Shown piece by piece: positions 62,331-64,000 of a stretch of DNA of 64,000 bases. The position numbers and the translations under genes were made by a program. The notes beneath the pieces were generated by a model. It saw nothing but the letters and a program-made list of their open reading frames with translations. It had not been told where the DNA came from and ran no database searches. Each line of letters begins with the position of its first letter. The stretch's first letter is position 1. Origin of the DNA: Oikopleura dioica (lineage: Eukaryota; Animalia; Chordata); contig OU015568.1 of NCBI GenBank assembly GCA_907165135.1, forward strand, positions 8,246,001 through 8,310,000, read 5' to 3'.

Positions 62331-62452
62331 GCACCGGAAGGTCACCGGATGTTATTCTTTTCCGGAAGTTTACCGGAAGAGAATAACATCCGGTGACCTT
62401 CCGGTGTTTATATTAGTGTCCTAGTAGTCGGCTTAAATAGATAATTACGACG
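62331..62452 (-). repeat. Right terminal inverted repeat with internal hairpin
   Basis: Ends ...TAGATAATTACGACG followed by TSD GACACC. Confidence 0.95.
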
Positions 62453-63807
62453 GACACCCTTAATTCATTTTTCCTACAGGTATCAGAAGCGTTCGTAAAG
62501 TTGCCTCCAAGAAATTTACTTTTAAAATTGTCGATAAAACGCTAGAAAGCCGCCACATAATGGTCTATTTTGAGACTCGGAATCAAGATATTTTAGAGTT
62601 AAATTGCTAATGACATAACATTACAGTAAGTTTGAGTCTCTAGCTAAGCGACTCTGCGAACAAAAAGTGCTAATACATCACGGGGCAAGACTTGATCAGG
62701 TGTTAAAAGGTCTTCTTCTATCTATTTTGGGCTGGGCGCTCTTGACGAGTTTTGGGAGCTTTTGAGTTCATTTGAAGTACCAATTCAATAACCACTTTGT
62801 AAAGCAGGATTCAACCAGCAGCTCCCCTAAGTGCATCGCAATTGCTACAATCGCCTCTTAAAAACATGGGAACCCAACATGCTATAACCAGAGCTAGGGT
62901 AGCTACGCATTTATAAAGAAAAATAGCCGTGGAGAAGCTGACTTTCAAATACTTGTTATTTTTGACTGAACGACAAGATCAAGCTTTCTCATTACGTTTC
63001 ACAACAAGAAAGAGCGCTCCTACTCTCCCCGTCCCGTCTCACTTCCCCTGTCTCTCTCTTATTCGATTACGCGCAAACCATTCCATCATTTTTTGCCCAT
63101 TCATCAAGTTCTATATTTTTCTATTCCTCTTTCTCCGAGCAGTTCAAATTCCCTCCAGAGGAGGCATTTATTGAAAAGTTCAAAGCAAATCGAAGCTGTC
63201 AAAAGCCGTGAATATTTAATCCTGAAGGTTTGGCTCTGACCTTCGAAATAGGTGTCTTTTCTCCTGAGAAAACGACGGTTTTTTTGCGTCAGAGTCTTCT
63301 GAAACCCTGATTAGCTTTGGTAGAAAAATCTGAGGAAGAAACTGGGTTGAGAGCTGAAATTTTGGCGGAGTTCCAGACCAAGATTTGGAGCAAAAAAGTA
63401 AATGCTAATGCTGGCCACAAAGAGAATCGAGCACACTTATTTGAACTTTATTTTATAACAAACAAAATACGGTTTGCGCTTCGTTTCGCCGAATTCTTTG
63501 GTCACGTGACGGTTCAACCAGGAAGAGGTCGTGAAATCAGCGGTGCTCGACGAAACCAATTCATCAAATTCGCTGATTTTTTATGAATAATAAAATGTGC
63601 TCCATTGACCATTGATGAATGAAAATGACATTCTCGGGACAAAATCCTGACCCCTATGTTTCTTATGCTTTTCTGAAAGCCGGTGATCTGGCGAGTCGAA
63701 TGGTATAAGTAAGGGGTCTTAGTCATCACAAATGACGTCATAGGTTCCCTGTTATTGGTTGAAACCGACCGGGACCTGTAACTTTTAATTTTGTATATAA
63801 AAGTATA

Positions 63808-64000
63808 CTGATTTTAGGCTCATTTAAAAGAGCAGCTCGAGATCTATTTGCGGAGCACTTGCGGGTTGAAAAATTCCCAGGGAAGAAAATTCTAGAACCA
63901 CCTAACCACGTGCTGAAAAATTGAAAACCGGTTGGTTTGCCCAGATTTATAGATCCGCAAATAGATCTCGAGCAGCTCTTTTTAATGAGCCCAAAATCAG
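63808..64000. mobile_element. MITE-like inverted repeat, cut by window end
   Basis: 63808-63854 versus 63954-64000 match at ~44 of 47 positions in inverted orientation. Confidence 0.65.

Larger units (their letters stand above)
37161..62452. mobile_element. Complete Polinton/Maverick-type endogenous DNA virus (25,292 bp)
   Basis: 122-bp TIRs; 6-bp TSD GACACC (37155-37160, 62453-62458); pPolB, ATPase, DDE integrase, cysteine protease and capsid genes. Confidence 0.95.

Noticed and set aside
14257-62452. Functional link between antiviral ZNFX1 and the nearby Polinton
   Set aside because: About 14 kb apart with unrelated genes between; proximity alone is not evidence
62453-62610. Polinton inserted ~20 bp upstream of a host splice acceptor and exon
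   Set aside because: Acceptor-like sequence is present but no convincing upstream exon or recognisable protein could be built

Overview
Compact, AT-rich animal genomic DNA with ~40-50 bp introns and at least one GA-AG intron. These traits most resemble the larvacean tunicate Oikopleura (inference, no search run). Bases 1-37 kb hold host genes: copine, a membrane C-type lectin, a SMYD methyltransferase, a kinase fused to a papain-like domain, an ERp18/AGR-type thioredoxin, two M14 carboxypeptidase paralogs, ZNFX1 and a Rho GTPase. The same region carries a hAT MITE, two inverted foldback elements and a very young gag-protease-only LTR element inserted in a carboxypeptidase exon. The main object is an apparently complete 25,292 bp Polinton/Maverick-type endogenous DNA virus (37161-62452). 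It has a 6-bp target-site duplication and 122-bp terminal inverted repeats that start CGTCGT and each contain a 75-nt hairpin. Its core genes look intact: spliced pPolB, A32-type ATPase, integrase, adenain-like protease, spliced major capsid, probable minor capsid and a basic core protein. Its accessory genes are unusual: a protein with cyclin-docking and SUMO-interacting motifs, a RING protein, several single-pass membrane proteins and a tandem paralog triplet. Exon joins were read by hand, and family calls rest on recalled motifs, not database searches.
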